From the NCBI GenBank assembly GCA_043805735.1, contig JAZDHS010000034.1, forward strand, positions 1 to 49,126: 49,126 nt of DNA, in the 5' to 3' direction. Below the pieces are notes generated by a model, which saw only the letters and a list, made by a program, of their open reading frames with translations, made no database searches and had not been told where the DNA came from. The stretch is from Candidatus Omnitrophota bacterium. Lineage in GTDB: Bacteria > Omnitrophota > Gorgyraeia > JAFGHF01. The position numbers and the translations under genes are program-made. Within the stretch, counting starts at the first letter, position 1, and each line of letters begins with the position of its first letter. Below, in pieces: positions 28,156 through 37,917 of the stretch.

Positions 28156-28618
28156 GGTCGACCTCGATAATCAGCGCGGCAATTTCTCCTAACGTTTTTT
28201 TAACTTGCCCGGACATTGCTGCACCTAGCTCCAGAGTTTGCGGCTGCACGCCTAAAACATAGAGCGCGATATTCGGCTTTTGCTTTTGCAGATACTCAAA
28301 GAACATGTGGAAAGAGATATCGTGTGTCCCCAGGCCACACTTGAGCAGTTCATCTTTGGACAACAGCGCATATTCACCGGCATCGCGCTCCAGATGCAGC
28401 GCGTCAACAATTAACACTGTGTCGGGATTTTCTTTGAGAATCTTTCCGGCAAAATTCTCTAAGGCGCTGCCGGAATCTAGGCAGACCGCTTTAACTTTGC
28501 CGTTAATGCGTTCGATCAGCGCTGGGCCAAAGCCATCATCGCCGCGTAAGATATTACCCACGCCGACAATTACAACTTTACCTTGGTAGATGTTTTTTAA
28601 AGCCGAGGGTTTAATCAT
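28148..28618 (-). CDS. hycI: Hydrogenase maturation endopeptidase (HycI-like)
   Basis: GVGNILRGDDGFG, PDTVLIVDA, THD, LGVQP. Confidence 0.88.
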   Translation of the reverse strand: MIKPSALKNIYQGKVVIVGVGNILRGDDGFGPALIERINGKVKAVCLDSGSALENFAGKILKENPDTVLIVDALHLERDAGEYALLSKDELLKCGLGTHDISFHMFFEYLQKQKPNIALYVLGVQPQTLELGAAMSGQVKKTLGEIAALIIEVDHA

Positions 28619-29229
28619 TATTTGGTTGTAAGAGTCGTTTCTCTCCTACAACGGGCGCAGAGAATTTTCACGCGGTCGGAGCGCCCTTTATCCTTTATCG
28701 CGGATATAATGTTTTCATCAATAATCCCTAAACTCTTTAGACGGGACAAGTAGAGGGTGGGGCTGGAATAGGCGAGTTCGCCGATTTTTTCGGCAATCCA
28801 TTTAAGATGGTCTTTACAGGCAATGGCACCGCCGCAAATTTCGCATAGTTCTAATTCTTTCTCGATGGTTTCAAAAGACTGCTTGCGGTCAAAGAATGAA
28901 AGTTCCCAATCATTGGAAAGCTTAATCCCTAAATGCTCGGCGATACAGGCGGCCTCGCATTGCCCGCAGAAAATACAGGTATCGGTATAATGGATCATCG
29001 TGCGTTTTGCGCTTATCTTCGTGTCGGTAGTATCCGAATGCGCAATCGCCTCTACCGGGCAGACCTGCTCACAGGCCAAACAGCCGACGCACTTTTGGTC
29101 ATTAAATTTCGGCTGGCCGCGGAAATTAGGATGCGGCACGTGAGGCTCTTTGGGAAACTTCGAAGTATAAGGGCCTTTGATCAACGCTTTTATGGCTTCA
29201 ATTAATTCTCTAATCTTTGGCAGCTTCAT
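28618..29229 (-). CDS. NuoI/MbhN-like 2x[4Fe-4S] subunit with extra C-terminal CxxC pairs
   Basis: GPYTSKFP, FRGQP, CVGCLACEQVCP, CIFCGQCEAAC, CEIC...CARC. Confidence 0.9.
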   Translation of the reverse strand: MKLPKIRELIEAIKALIKGPYTSKFPKEPHVPHPNFRGQPKFNDQKCVGCLACEQVCPVEAIAHSDTTDTKISAKRTMIHYTDTCIFCGQCEAACIAEHLGIKLSNDWELSFFDRKQSFETIEKELELCEICGGAIACKDHLKWIAEKIGELAYSSPTLYLSRLKSLGIIDENIISAIKDKGRSDRVKILCARCRRETTLTTK

Positions 29230-29237
29230 ACTATAAA

Positions 29238-29573
29238 CTAAATCTCCCCTTCTTTATCTTCGGCATACTTATCAATTACGCTTTTATCCCAAAGCTTCAC
29301 TCCCGCGCGGTGGGCGCCACGCGCCAAGGCATGTGCGGATACCGGGGCAGTCAATATTATAAACAGGATACAGAGAAGTGCCTTAATGCCGCAGGCATTA
29401 AATCCCTTAAACAAAAATAATCCCAACAAGATACTGCAGGTTCCCAGGGTAACGCTTTTTGTGGAGGCCTGCAGCCGGTTATAGACATCGGGCAAGCGGA
29501 TCAAACCTAAACAACCAAAAAAATCAAACAACAATCCGACCACTATAAAAAATAAGCCGATCGTCTCATTCAT
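29238..29573 (-). CDS. mnhG: Mrp antiporter subunit G
   Basis: GLIRLPDVYNRLQASTK, LTAPVSAHALARG; ATG at 29573. Confidence 0.92.
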   Translation of the reverse strand: MNETIGLFFIVVGLLFDFFGCLGLIRLPDVYNRLQASTKSVTLGTCSILLGLFLFKGFNACGIKALLCILFIILTAPVSAHALARGAHRAGVKLWDKSVIDKYAEDKEGEI

Positions 29574-29937
29574 CGAAGTTTCTTCCTTCCAGATACTTAG
29601 CCAATGCCAGGGTAGAAATAAAACTCTGCAATGCCCAGGCAATACCAATATCAATATACCAATCTCTGCCCGTAGGGATTCCTAATATCGCGCAGAAACC
29701 TAAAACCAAGATTCCTAAGATATCAATGGCTACGGCCCTATCCGCAGCAGTAGGCCCTTTTAAGATACGCCAGAGGCAGAATAACGCGCAGAAGAAAAGT
29801 ACAAAAAATACGCGTTTTAAAAGGCCGGATTGCCATTCTAATAAAGACGGCAGTGGGAAAAAAATAATCATCACGAAGACAACTATAATTGCCAACAATC
29901 CTGCTAACCAGCGCAATCTTCTCATAGTTCGACTCAT
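29566..29937 (-). CDS. mnhF: Mrp antiporter subunit F with an N-terminal extra helix
   Basis: RILKGPTAADRAVAID, FISTLALAKYL. Confidence 0.9.
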   Translation of the reverse strand: MSRTMRRLRWLAGLLAIIVVFVMIIFFPLPSLLEWQSGLLKRVFFVLFFCALFCLWRILKGPTAADRAVAIDILGILVLGFCAILGIPTGRDWYIDIGIAWALQSFISTLALAKYLEGRNFDE

Positions 29938-29938
29938 T

Positions 29939-30442
29939 TTACTCAAAAATCCTTTTTAAGACCTCTTCAAACACGCCGACAATCAGCTCCGAGGCTTTCT
30001 GGGTATCCTTTTCTCGGACATCAATCCAGTGGATGTACAAAACCCCTTTTTCCGGGTCGATATCTACAGTCATTGTGCCCGGGGTAAGGGTAATGGAATT
30101 TGCCAGAAAGGTTAAACCGGTATCTGACTTTAAAGTAGTCTTGACCTTAACAATACCCGGATTAATCGGTAAATCCGGATGGGTCACCCGATAAGCCACA
30201 TCAATATTTGCCTTTATACATTCCCAAATAAATAAAGGTACATAATAAAGGAACCATAGATAGCGATTGACCGACTTAAATACATACGGTCTTTTTACAA
30301 ACATGTCTCCGGTCATAAAAGAAACAAACATAGAGACGAAAATACCAATAATTAGATGCGCAGCGTCTGGCGGCCAGGTCAAAAGCATCCAAACTAAGAA
30401 GGCAAGGAGAAATAAAATAATGTGGCTTTTTTTCATTTTCAT
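29939..30442 (-). CDS. mnhE: Mrp antiporter subunit E
   Basis: ANIDVA, INPGIV, LANSITLTPGT, LYIHWID. Confidence 0.93.
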   Translation of the reverse strand: MKMKKSHIILFLLAFLVWMLLTWPPDAAHLIIGIFVSMFVSFMTGDMFVKRPYVFKSVNRYLWFLYYVPLFIWECIKANIDVAYRVTHPDLPINPGIVKVKTTLKSDTGLTFLANSITLTPGTMTVDIDPEKGVLYIHWIDVREKDTQKASELIVGVFEEVLKRIFE

Positions 30443-31926
30443 TTGATTGCCCCAAAAACTATTTCGGCGTAGCCTTTACCGGATAATAAAACATTAGTCG
30501 CTGATTCCAAAAAAGGCTTGAACGTCGGTGCAATTAATAAGCCGCTAACCACGCAAATAACCGCTAAGGCGATCATTGATAAGCACATTATGCCCGGGAC
30601 CTCTTTTATTCTTAGCCAACCGATATCAAGTTTTCCCAAAAAGGCAAAAGTTTGAAATTTTAAATAATAAGCTAGAGTAAGAATACTGACTAATATTGCG
30701 ATCAGTGCAAATCCGAAATATCTTGCTTCTACTGCCGCAATAATAATAATCAATTTACTAAAGAATCCGCCTAAAGGGGGAATGCCGGATATGCTCATTG
30801 AGCCCAGAAGGCTGGTATATCCTGTAACGGGTAGTTTGGAGTTTAGCCCACCTAATTTTCTTAAGTCGCGCGTTTGGACAGAGTATTCAATAGCGCCGGA
30901 GTTTAAGAAAAGTAGAGATTTAAAAACCGCATGATTAAACAGGTGAAATAATCCGCCCAAAATAGCTAAAGGGCTACCGATACCCAGGGCAAATATAATA
31001 AAGCCTATTTGGCTAATACTGGAATAAGCGAACATCCTTTTTATATCCTGTTGACCAATGGCTAAGAAGGCACCCACAACCATAGATATTACACCTAACA
31101 CTATTAAAACAAAAAGCATTTGACTCGAAACGCCCAGGATATTAAAAAAGACTCTAACCAAGGCATAGATACCCAATGTCTTAATAAACACTCCGGAAAG
31201 CATTGCCGATATCGGCGCGGGCGCAGAAGGATGGGCATCAGGAAGCCAGGCATGGAAAGGAACGAGGCTGGCCTTTAAACCGAAACCCATTAAAAACATT
31301 ACTGCCACAAGATTAACTATTAGGCCGTTTTGTTTTTGTGATAAGGTTAAAGAAATATCGGCCATGTTTAGTGAGGAGGTATAACTATATAAAAGAGCAA
31401 TCCCTAAAAGAATGAAGCTGGAAGCAACTGAGCCCATTACTGTATATTTAAAAGAGGCCTCTAATTCCTCGGCCCCGGTGCCAAAGGCAACCAGTGCATA
31501 ACTGGCAATCGAGGCGATCTCTAAAAAGACAAAAAGATTAAATAAATCCCCGGTGACGATTATACCGTTCATCCCCGCCACCATCAGCATAAATAAGGTA
31601 TAAAATTTAGGTTTAGCGGTATACCTTTCCATATATTTTATCGCATATAATGTTACAAAAAAGCTCACTAAATTTATCGTCACCAACATAAAAGAGGTCA
31701 GACCATCCAAAACCATACAGATCCCTATGGGCGGTATCCAAGCACCCACATTGTAGGTAATAATTTTATGAGCCAGAACTTCCCTAATGGAAAATAAGGA
31801 AAATATTAATAAACTAAATGTGCCCAAGTTAGCCAAGAGATCGGGAAGAATCTTTATCTTTTTTCCCAAAAGCGAAATCAGAAAGGCACATCCTAAAGGA
31901 ATAATCACAAAAACAGGCAAAATCAT
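30439..31926 (-). CDS. mnhD: Mrp antiporter subunit D / MbhH-like
   Basis: TGDLFNLFVFLEI, PFHAWLPDAHPSAP, AYSSISQIG, HAVFKSLLF, GIPPLGGF. Confidence 0.92.
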   Translation of the reverse strand: MILPVFVIIPLGCAFLISLLGKKIKILPDLLANLGTFSLLIFSLFSIREVLAHKIITYNVGAWIPPIGICMVLDGLTSFMLVTINLVSFFVTLYAIKYMERYTAKPKFYTLFMLMVAGMNGIIVTGDLFNLFVFLEIASIASYALVAFGTGAEELEASFKYTVMGSVASSFILLGIALLYSYTSSLNMADISLTLSQKQNGLIVNLVAVMFLMGFGLKASLVPFHAWLPDAHPSAPAPISAMLSGVFIKTLGIYALVRVFFNILGVSSQMLFVLIVLGVISMVVGAFLAIGQQDIKRMFAYSSISQIGFIIFALGIGSPLAILGGLFHLFNHAVFKSLLFLNSGAIEYSVQTRDLRKLGGLNSKLPVTGYTSLLGSMSISGIPPLGGFFSKLIIIIAAVEARYFGFALIAILVSILTLAYYLKFQTFAFLGKLDIGWLRIKEVPGIMCLSMIALAVICVVSGLLIAPTFKPFLESATNVLLSGKGYAEIVFGAIK

Positions 31927-32261
31927 CCTTTTAGTCTCCGGATTTCCGTAATATCAAAGGTACCATACTTTTCATAAATCCTTATGGCGATTGCAACAAC
32001 TAACGCCGTAACTGCCAGACCAATAACAATGGAGGTGAGCACTAAGGCTTGAGGCAGGGGATCGACCATATTTAAGATTGTCTGGTCCTGGGCTAATATC
32101 GGTGCTCGGCCATGCATACGATAACCGACCAGGACAAAAAATAAATTCACCGCATACTCAATTATCCCCAAGCCAATAATAATCTTAATAATATTTCTTT
32201 TTCTTAAGACGGCATAAAGGCCGATGCAAAATAAAATCAGACACAAAATATAGACACTCAT
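31923..32261 (-). CDS. mnhC: Mrp antiporter subunit C
   Basis: DPLPQALVLTSIVIGLA. Confidence 0.93.
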   Translation of the reverse strand: MSVYILCLILFCIGLYAVLRKRNIIKIIIGLGIIEYAVNLFFVLVGYRMHGRAPILAQDQTILNMVDPLPQALVLTSIVIGLAVTALVVAIAIRIYEKYGTFDITEIRRLKG

Positions 32262-32719
32262 TCTTCTTTTCCCGATCCTTGAAATAACACTAATACCGCA
32301 AAAATGGCAAATAGACCCGCTCCTACCTTAAGGCAGATCGCAATATTGCACAAGGGAATAATCCCGGCGCTAAATAAGTTGAAAGGCTTACCTTTACTTG
32401 AGAAGAAATTGAGAAAGAAATATCCGCCCGAAAAACCTAATAACGCAATAGATAAAAACATTAGCGCCCCGAGGTTCTCCAAAATTGAGGCCATACTTTG
32501 CGATAATTTTTTCAATGCTGTTTCTCTACCAAAGGCAAGCATCAGATGAATAAAAGAAAGGGCAATAATTACACCGCCGGCAAATCCTCCTCCGGGCGAA
32601 ATGTGTCCATGTAGAACAATATAGATACCGTAAAGAAGAATGAGCCCTACTGTAAGACGAGTGATCGTCTTGACAATCAAAGACATCCCCTTTTCCTGGC
32701 TTCTATTCATCCTGTTCAT
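32258..32719 (-). CDS. mnhB: MnhB-domain subunit
   Basis: HGHISPGGGFAGG. Confidence 0.9.
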   Translation of the reverse strand: MNRMNRSQEKGMSLIVKTITRLTVGLILLYGIYIVLHGHISPGGGFAGGVIIALSFIHLMLAFGRETALKKLSQSMASILENLGALMFLSIALLGFSGGYFFLNFFSSKGKPFNLFSAGIIPLCNIAICLKVGAGLFAIFAVLVLFQGSGKEE

Positions 32720-33260
32720 CTTCTTCTTTTACCTTCTCATCCACTTTCTTCTTGCCAATCCGGCGCGCAATGGTCAAAACCCCGATTACCGCGGTAAATA
32801 ATATCGTCGCCTCACCTAAGGTGTCATAGCCCCGGAAATCAAGAATAATAGCGCTAACCAGATTAGTTGCCCCGGTTTTAGCCAGGCCTTCTTCCAGATA
32901 GGTACTAGCTACTCTCATCGTGGGATAACCAAATTTAGGTAAATCTTTGAGACATTCTGTGGCAAAAATTAAAAATGCAGCGATAAAACCTATAGTAATA
33001 GCGGTATTCAAAAACCATCTTCCTGAAGTAGAAAATGGTAAGTCCTTTTTTATAGTCGCTCTGATTAAGATAATCAAAGCCAATATTTCTACCACCAGCT
33101 GGGTAATTGCTAAATCCGGCGCCTTCAGCAGCAAAAATGCGATTGAAAGCCCTAATCCCACAGCGCCTACGGCTATTACGGAAGAAAGCAAATCCTCCAC
33201 TTCTACCGCCACTATTGCTCCGGCAATCATAAATAGCAATAACAAATATAATTCAATCAT
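32703..33260 (-). CDS. DUF4040/MbhD-MbhE-like subunit
   Basis: APDLAITQLVVE, N.VSAIILDFRGYDTLGE. Confidence 0.88.
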   Translation of the reverse strand: MIELYLLLLFMIAGAIVAVEVEDLLSSVIAVGAVGLGLSIAFLLLKAPDLAITQLVVEILALIILIRATIKKDLPFSTSGRWFLNTAITIGFIAAFLIFATECLKDLPKFGYPTMRVASTYLEEGLAKTGATNLVSAIILDFRGYDTLGEATILFTAVIGVLTIARRIGKKKVDEKVKEEDEQDE

Positions 33261-33264
33261 CTGG

Positions 33265-34917
33265 CTACCTCAGCAAAATATAAAAAAGGATTCCCATACC
33301 TAAAAGACACCAAGCAAGATAAGTGGGAAGCACTCCGTTGTGCAAATAACGTAGCGCGCTGCTAAAGCCAAAGGTTATTTTTGTCCCCACTTCATAGATA
33401 TCGAAAAATTTATTTTTGGCTAAGTTGTACATCGCCCGCAAGAAACCGATATCTTGGATGGTATTATAAAATTCGGTTCCCGAAACTCGCATCTCCGGAT
33501 GGTCCTGCACGTTTTCCCCACAGAGAAAGATATCCGTTTCCCTGGCGCTTGAGGCCTTTCCATAAATAAGGATGAGTATGCCGATCACAATTCCCGCTAA
33601 CAAAAGCGCGGTCGCCAGGTTGGCGCTCCAAAGTCCGGAAAAAACCACTGTTTTTCCGATGCTCGGCAAAACAAAAAGCGCCAGGGGCAGTTTATAAGCA
33701 AATACGCCGAACAGAACGCACAGCGCGGCCAGAATTACTTGGGGAATCCACATCGCCGCCGGCGCCTCCTGGTTATCATTAACAGTGAAGCGCGACTCTT
33801 TGGACTGTTGGCCCAAAAATACGGCATGAATTAATTTCATAAAGCTGGCCAGTGTTAGGGCGCTGCCAAAGAGCGCGGCCACCAGCCAAATAATCCAAAG
33901 GTGCCCTCCATTTTTAGCGGTCTCAATCACGCCTTGATAAATCATCCATTTGGAGGCAAAGCCGTTAAAGGGCGGAACTCCCGATATCGCGCAGGAAGCA
34001 ATCAAAAAGGTGATAAAGGTAATCGGCATAATCCGGGCAAAGCCACCCAGCTTTTCTAAATCCGTAGTCTCGGCCTTTTGTTCTACCGCCCCTCCGGCAA
34101 GAAATAAACTCGTCTTATATATCGCATTATTCAACATATGAAATAATCCTCCGGCAATGCCGAGGGGATTTCCTGTGCCAATGCCTAGAACCATATATCC
34201 GACTTGGCTGACGGCATGATAACCTAACAACCGCTTCAGATCATGCTGAATGAGCGCCATCATCACAGCGGCAATAATAGTAAAACTTCCTATAGCCATC
34301 AAAAAGGTATTCATTGCCGCATCCAGCACAAACATCTCCACAGAAAGCCTAACCAGAAAATATATTCCTAAAAGTTTATCTAAGGAAGCCGGCAGGTAGG
34401 CGGTTACGGGAATCGGCGCATCTTCGGCGGTATCGGGAATCCAAGTATGCAGCGGCATTGCCCCGGCCTTGGCAAAAGCGCCCGCGGCCAGGCAGAGATA
34501 GGCCCATACTGCCGGTGTGCTGGTCAGCGGCAAGTGTATTTTATCCATATAGAGTGAGCTGGAAAGCCGCATAATAAAGGCAATGCCCAGCAGCATAAAT
34601 GCGTCTGTTCCGCCGATGATGATAAACGCCTTTTTGGCGGTCGCGGCGGTGCGTTCTTTGTCGCCAAAACCAATCAAGAGATAGAGCAAAAGACCCAAAA
34701 AGCCCCAGAAGGCGATAAATAACACTAGATGGTTGGCAAAGATCGCTCCTAAAGAAGCGATTAAGGTCAGAATAAGATAAAGGTAATACTGAACCAGATT
34801 CTTACGGCCGCGCATAAAAGCAAAAGAATATACGGTAATCAAGATAAAAAACACCACGACAAAGAGGCCAACAAAATTGGCTAAGGCGTCAAATCTAAGA
34901 TAAGGAGAATTTAACAT
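33265..34917 (-). CDS. NuoL/MrpA/HyfB-like antiporter subunit
   Basis: KAGAMPLHTWIP, KRLLGYHAVSQVGY, GVPPFNGFASKW. Confidence 0.9.
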   Translation of the reverse strand: MLNSPYLRFDALANFVGLFVVVFFILITVYSFAFMRGRKNLVQYYLYLILTLIASLGAIFANHLVLFIAFWGFLGLLLYLLIGFGDKERTAATAKKAFIIIGGTDAFMLLGIAFIMRLSSSLYMDKIHLPLTSTPAVWAYLCLAAGAFAKAGAMPLHTWIPDTAEDAPIPVTAYLPASLDKLLGIYFLVRLSVEMFVLDAAMNTFLMAIGSFTIIAAVMMALIQHDLKRLLGYHAVSQVGYMVLGIGTGNPLGIAGGLFHMLNNAIYKTSLFLAGGAVEQKAETTDLEKLGGFARIMPITFITFLIASCAISGVPPFNGFASKWMIYQGVIETAKNGGHLWIIWLVAALFGSALTLASFMKLIHAVFLGQQSKESRFTVNDNQEAPAAMWIPQVILAALCVLFGVFAYKLPLALFVLPSIGKTVVFSGLWSANLATALLLAGIVIGILILIYGKASSARETDIFLCGENVQDHPEMRVSGTEFYNTIQDIGFLRAMYNLAKNKFFDIYEVGTKITFGFSSALRYLHNGVLPTYLAWCLLGMGILFYILLR

Positions 34918-36092
34918 TTATATTTTTCCCGCAATTTTTCGGTCTTGGCCTGCGACAATTTTACTAAGTCTTCTCCACTATACACTTTTTTGCCCTTAGT
35001 GTCCAGCACGGCCATTCTTTCCGTGCAGCAATAGCAAGGGTCGATCGCCGCTAAAATTATCGTGGCATCGGAAATAGTCTCACCCACGACCGTAGCTTTA
35101 TAAGTCGGTAAATTCATAAATGTCGGCGCCCGCACTTTATGGCGCACCGGCCGGTTGGTGCCGTCGCTGCGCACATAATGGAAGCATTCACCGCGCGGCG
35201 CCTCAATATGGCCGATACCTTCTCCGGGCGGAATATCCTTAATATTTAAGTCTATCTCTCCTTTAGGTAAATTTTGCAAACAATGCTTGATTATCTTTAT
35301 CGACTCAAATGTCTCCAGTATCCTCACAACTGCCTTGTCAAAGACATCGCCGTTGTGTGTGACGATCATTTCCCATTCTACTTTATCATATGCTCCGTAA
35401 GGACAATCCTTGCGTAAATCCCGCGCCACTCCCGAGGCCCGGGAAGTAGGACCCAAGGCGCTATAATTTATGGCTTCTTCCTTAGTGAGAATCCCGATGC
35501 CTTTTGTGCGCGCATGCAGGACCGGATCATCAATCACGGCTTTTTTCAGCATCACACAGGTAGGAATAATCGAATCTATCTTTTTTAGTACCCCCGGGAT
35601 GTCTTCGGCTTTAATATCTCTTCTTACTCCGCCCGGTTTGAACATCGCATAATTATTTCTATTACCGGATAGAATCTCCATTACATCCAATATCTCTTCT
35701 CTTAATTTCCAAGCCCACATATAGACAGTATTATACCCCAAGAAATGCCCGGCCAGGCCCAGCCATAATAAATGCGAATGGATTCTCTCTCCTTCGGCAA
35801 TGATTGTCCTGATATATTTTGCTCTTTCGGGCACTTCAACAGGAATAATATCCTCCACCGCTCTGACGAACGCAAAGGGATGGCTGGTTGAACATATTCC
35901 GCAGATTCTCTCTACCAGAAATGTCGACTGGTCAAAGGTCTTCTTCTCGGAAAGTTTCTCAATTCCGCGATGATTATATCCAATCTGCACGTCAATCGCC
36001 ACTATCCTTTCACCCTCAACGGTCAGAGTAAAGAACTCCGGCTCTTCCTGCAGCGGATGATACGGCCCTATCGGTACTATCGTCTTTGCCAT
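34911..36092 (-). CDS. Group 4 [NiFe] hydrogenase large subunit
   Basis: IGPYHP..EEP, L1 ERICGICS, EAPRGE, L2 DPCYCCTER plus a cleavable C-terminal tail; all four metal Cys present. Confidence 0.93.
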   Translation of the reverse strand: MAKTIVPIGPYHPLQEEPEFFTLTVEGERIVAIDVQIGYNHRGIEKLSEKKTFDQSTFLVERICGICSTSHPFAFVRAVEDIIPVEVPERAKYIRTIIAEGERIHSHLLWLGLAGHFLGYNTVYMWAWKLREEILDVMEILSGNRNNYAMFKPGGVRRDIKAEDIPGVLKKIDSIIPTCVMLKKAVIDDPVLHARTKGIGILTKEEAINYSALGPTSRASGVARDLRKDCPYGAYDKVEWEMIVTHNGDVFDKAVVRILETFESIKIIKHCLQNLPKGEIDLNIKDIPPGEGIGHIEAPRGECFHYVRSDGTNRPVRHKVRAPTFMNLPTYKATVVGETISDATIILAAIDPCYCCTERMAVLDTKGKKVYSGEDLVKLSQAKTEKLREKYKC

Positions 36093-36566
36093 TTACACTC
36101 CCCGGTCTCTGATCGCGCCCTTATCCCATTCTTTATAATCCGAGCGCAGCGGATAAACACCCTTGGGCCATTCATCAGGAAGCAGTAACTTCTTCAGCTC
36201 CGGATGGCCTTTAAAGTTTATCCCCAACATCTCAAATAATTCCCGCTCGATCCAGTTAGCCGCTTCAAAATGCGGAGCAAGTGAATCAATCTCCGGCTTA
36301 GTCTTGGATAATTTTACGCGTAAAGAGATAACTAAGTTAATTTCTTCAATGGTGAAGTGATAGAGGATTTCGAAATGATGCCGCGTATCCATTCCCGAGG
36401 CGATATTGAAACGGGCGCCTAAGGTGCGGAACACATAGACCCCAAGCTTTACAATTGCCTCGGGCTTAATATCAATATACACCCGTTTGGGCGATTTATC
36501 CAAGACCTCAAGAATATCGGCTTTAAATTTTTCTCTTAAATCTTTTAAAACATCTTCTCGGCTCAT
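36093..36566 (-). CDS. NuoC/MbhK-like subunit
   Basis: ANWIERELFEMLGINFKGHP...YPLR. Confidence 0.92.
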   Translation of the reverse strand: MSREDVLKDLREKFKADILEVLDKSPKRVYIDIKPEAIVKLGVYVFRTLGARFNIASGMDTRHHFEILYHFTIEEINLVISLRVKLSKTKPEIDSLAPHFEAANWIERELFEMLGINFKGHPELKKLLLPDEWPKGVYPLRSDYKEWDKGAIRDRGV

Positions 36567-36988
36567 GCCTTACTCTTCACTTTCTCGATCAGTTTCACTA
36601 CTCCAGCAATAATCGCCTCCGGCTTTGGGGGGCATCCCGGAATATACACGTCCACCGGAATAATTTTATCTAACGGCAGCGGGCAGTTGTAACTATGAAT
36701 AAACATGCCTCTAGAGAGCGAACATTCCCCGATTGCCACTACCAGGCAGGGCTTAGGAGTCTGCTCGTAAAGTTTCTTCAGCTTGGCCGCGGATTTACGG
36801 TTGCAGGAACCGGTAACCAGAAGCACGTCAGCGTGCTTAATACTCCCGACTAAAAGCATACCGAACCGCTCGATATCAAAGCGCGGCGTCAGACAATCGA
36901 GGATCTCGATGTCGCAATTATTGCAGCTTCCCGTGGAGAGGTGAAACACCCACGGAGATTTTAACAACGCCTGCAGCTTCATGCTCAT
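36563..36988 (-). CDS. Hydrogenase small subunit (NuoB/MbhJ-like)
   Basis: GSCNNCDIE, FDIERFG, GEC, PGCPP. Confidence 0.93.
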   Translation of the reverse strand: MSMKLQALLKSPWVFHLSTGSCNNCDIEILDCLTPRFDIERFGMLLVGSIKHADVLLVTGSCNRKSAAKLKKLYEQTPKPCLVVAIGECSLSRGMFIHSYNCPLPLDKIIPVDVYIPGCPPKPEAIIAGVVKLIEKVKSKA

Positions 36989-36993
36989 TTTGG

Positions 36994-37917
36994 TTAATAT
37001 CCCTTAAGCGCTAATGCCACCGCGATGATGGCAAGAATAGTCATTGGCCCCCAGAAAAAGCGCACCGCCTGGTCAATACGCACGCGGGGATTGGTATTAC
37101 GAATTACGGTAATGATGGCGACAACTCCCACATATTTTAGAATTCCGTTCACCAGGTGCATTCCGTCTAAGCGTATGCCGCCCATAAACAGGATAATTAA
37201 AAAGAAGGGCAGCACAAATAATAACATATTTTTCATTAACCGGTAGACGGCCAGTCCGGAACCGGAATATTCAATCAGCGGCCCCGAGACTATTTCGGTC
37301 TCGGCCTCAGGCATATCAAAGGGAACCAGCGCCAACTTGGCCTGCATACACATAATCGCCACTACCAGCGCCAACGCCCCCGAAATATTACTGACCATTA
37401 CGCCGGCTTGAGCCTGGTAAGCTAAAATGCCTCCGAGCGTAATCGAAAAACCGGACTTGATTACCGGAACCAGTATCGCTAAGACAAACGGCAGCTCATA
37501 ACTTAAAATGAGCTTCATCTCCCTTGAGGCACCCAGGCTAGCCAGAGGATTTTTCGAAGCAAACCCGCCCAGAATAATACTGATTGAAGGAATAGTCAAA
37601 AGATAAAGCACGACAATCACGTCACCGATAAAGCTCTGTCTGGTATCGAGATTATTCATCCAGAGCAGGGTCGAGACTAATACTACGCTGGCAAACCCTA
37701 TCACCGGCGCCATCAAAAATGTGCCTCGGGAAGCACCCCTGGGAATAAGCGTTTCTTTACCTAAGAGCTTGATAATATCAATCAGAGGCTGTAACAGCGG
37801 TGGGCCCACCCGGTATTGCACACGGGCAGTGACCTTACGGTCAATCCAACTGCCGAGAAGCCCGATAACCACGGTCAACAAAAACCCGTAAACTAAAAGA
37901 TATCCGATATAATTCAT
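36994..37917 (-). CDS. NuoH/MbhM-like membrane anchor
   Basis: ARVQYRVGPPLLQP..D..KLLGKE, PFDMPEAETE. Confidence 0.93.
   Translation of the reverse strand: MNYIGYLLVYGFLLTVVIGLLGSWIDRKVTARVQYRVGPPLLQPLIDIIKLLGKETLIPRGASRGTFLMAPVIGFASVVLVSTLLWMNNLDTRQSFIGDVIVVLYLLTIPSISIILGGFASKNPLASLGASREMKLILSYELPFVLAILVPVIKSGFSITLGGILAYQAQAGVMVSNISGALALVVAIMCMQAKLALVPFDMPEAETEIVSGPLIEYSGSGLAVYRLMKNMLLFVLPFFLIILFMGGIRLDGMHLVNGILKYVGVVAIITVIRNTNPRVRIDQAVRFFWGPMTILAIIAVALALKGY

Noticed and set aside
34911-36092. NuoD/MbxL (non-hydrogenase) assignment
   Set aside because: Both CxxC motifs are intact, a cleavable tail is present, and the protease and hyp genes are in the same operon
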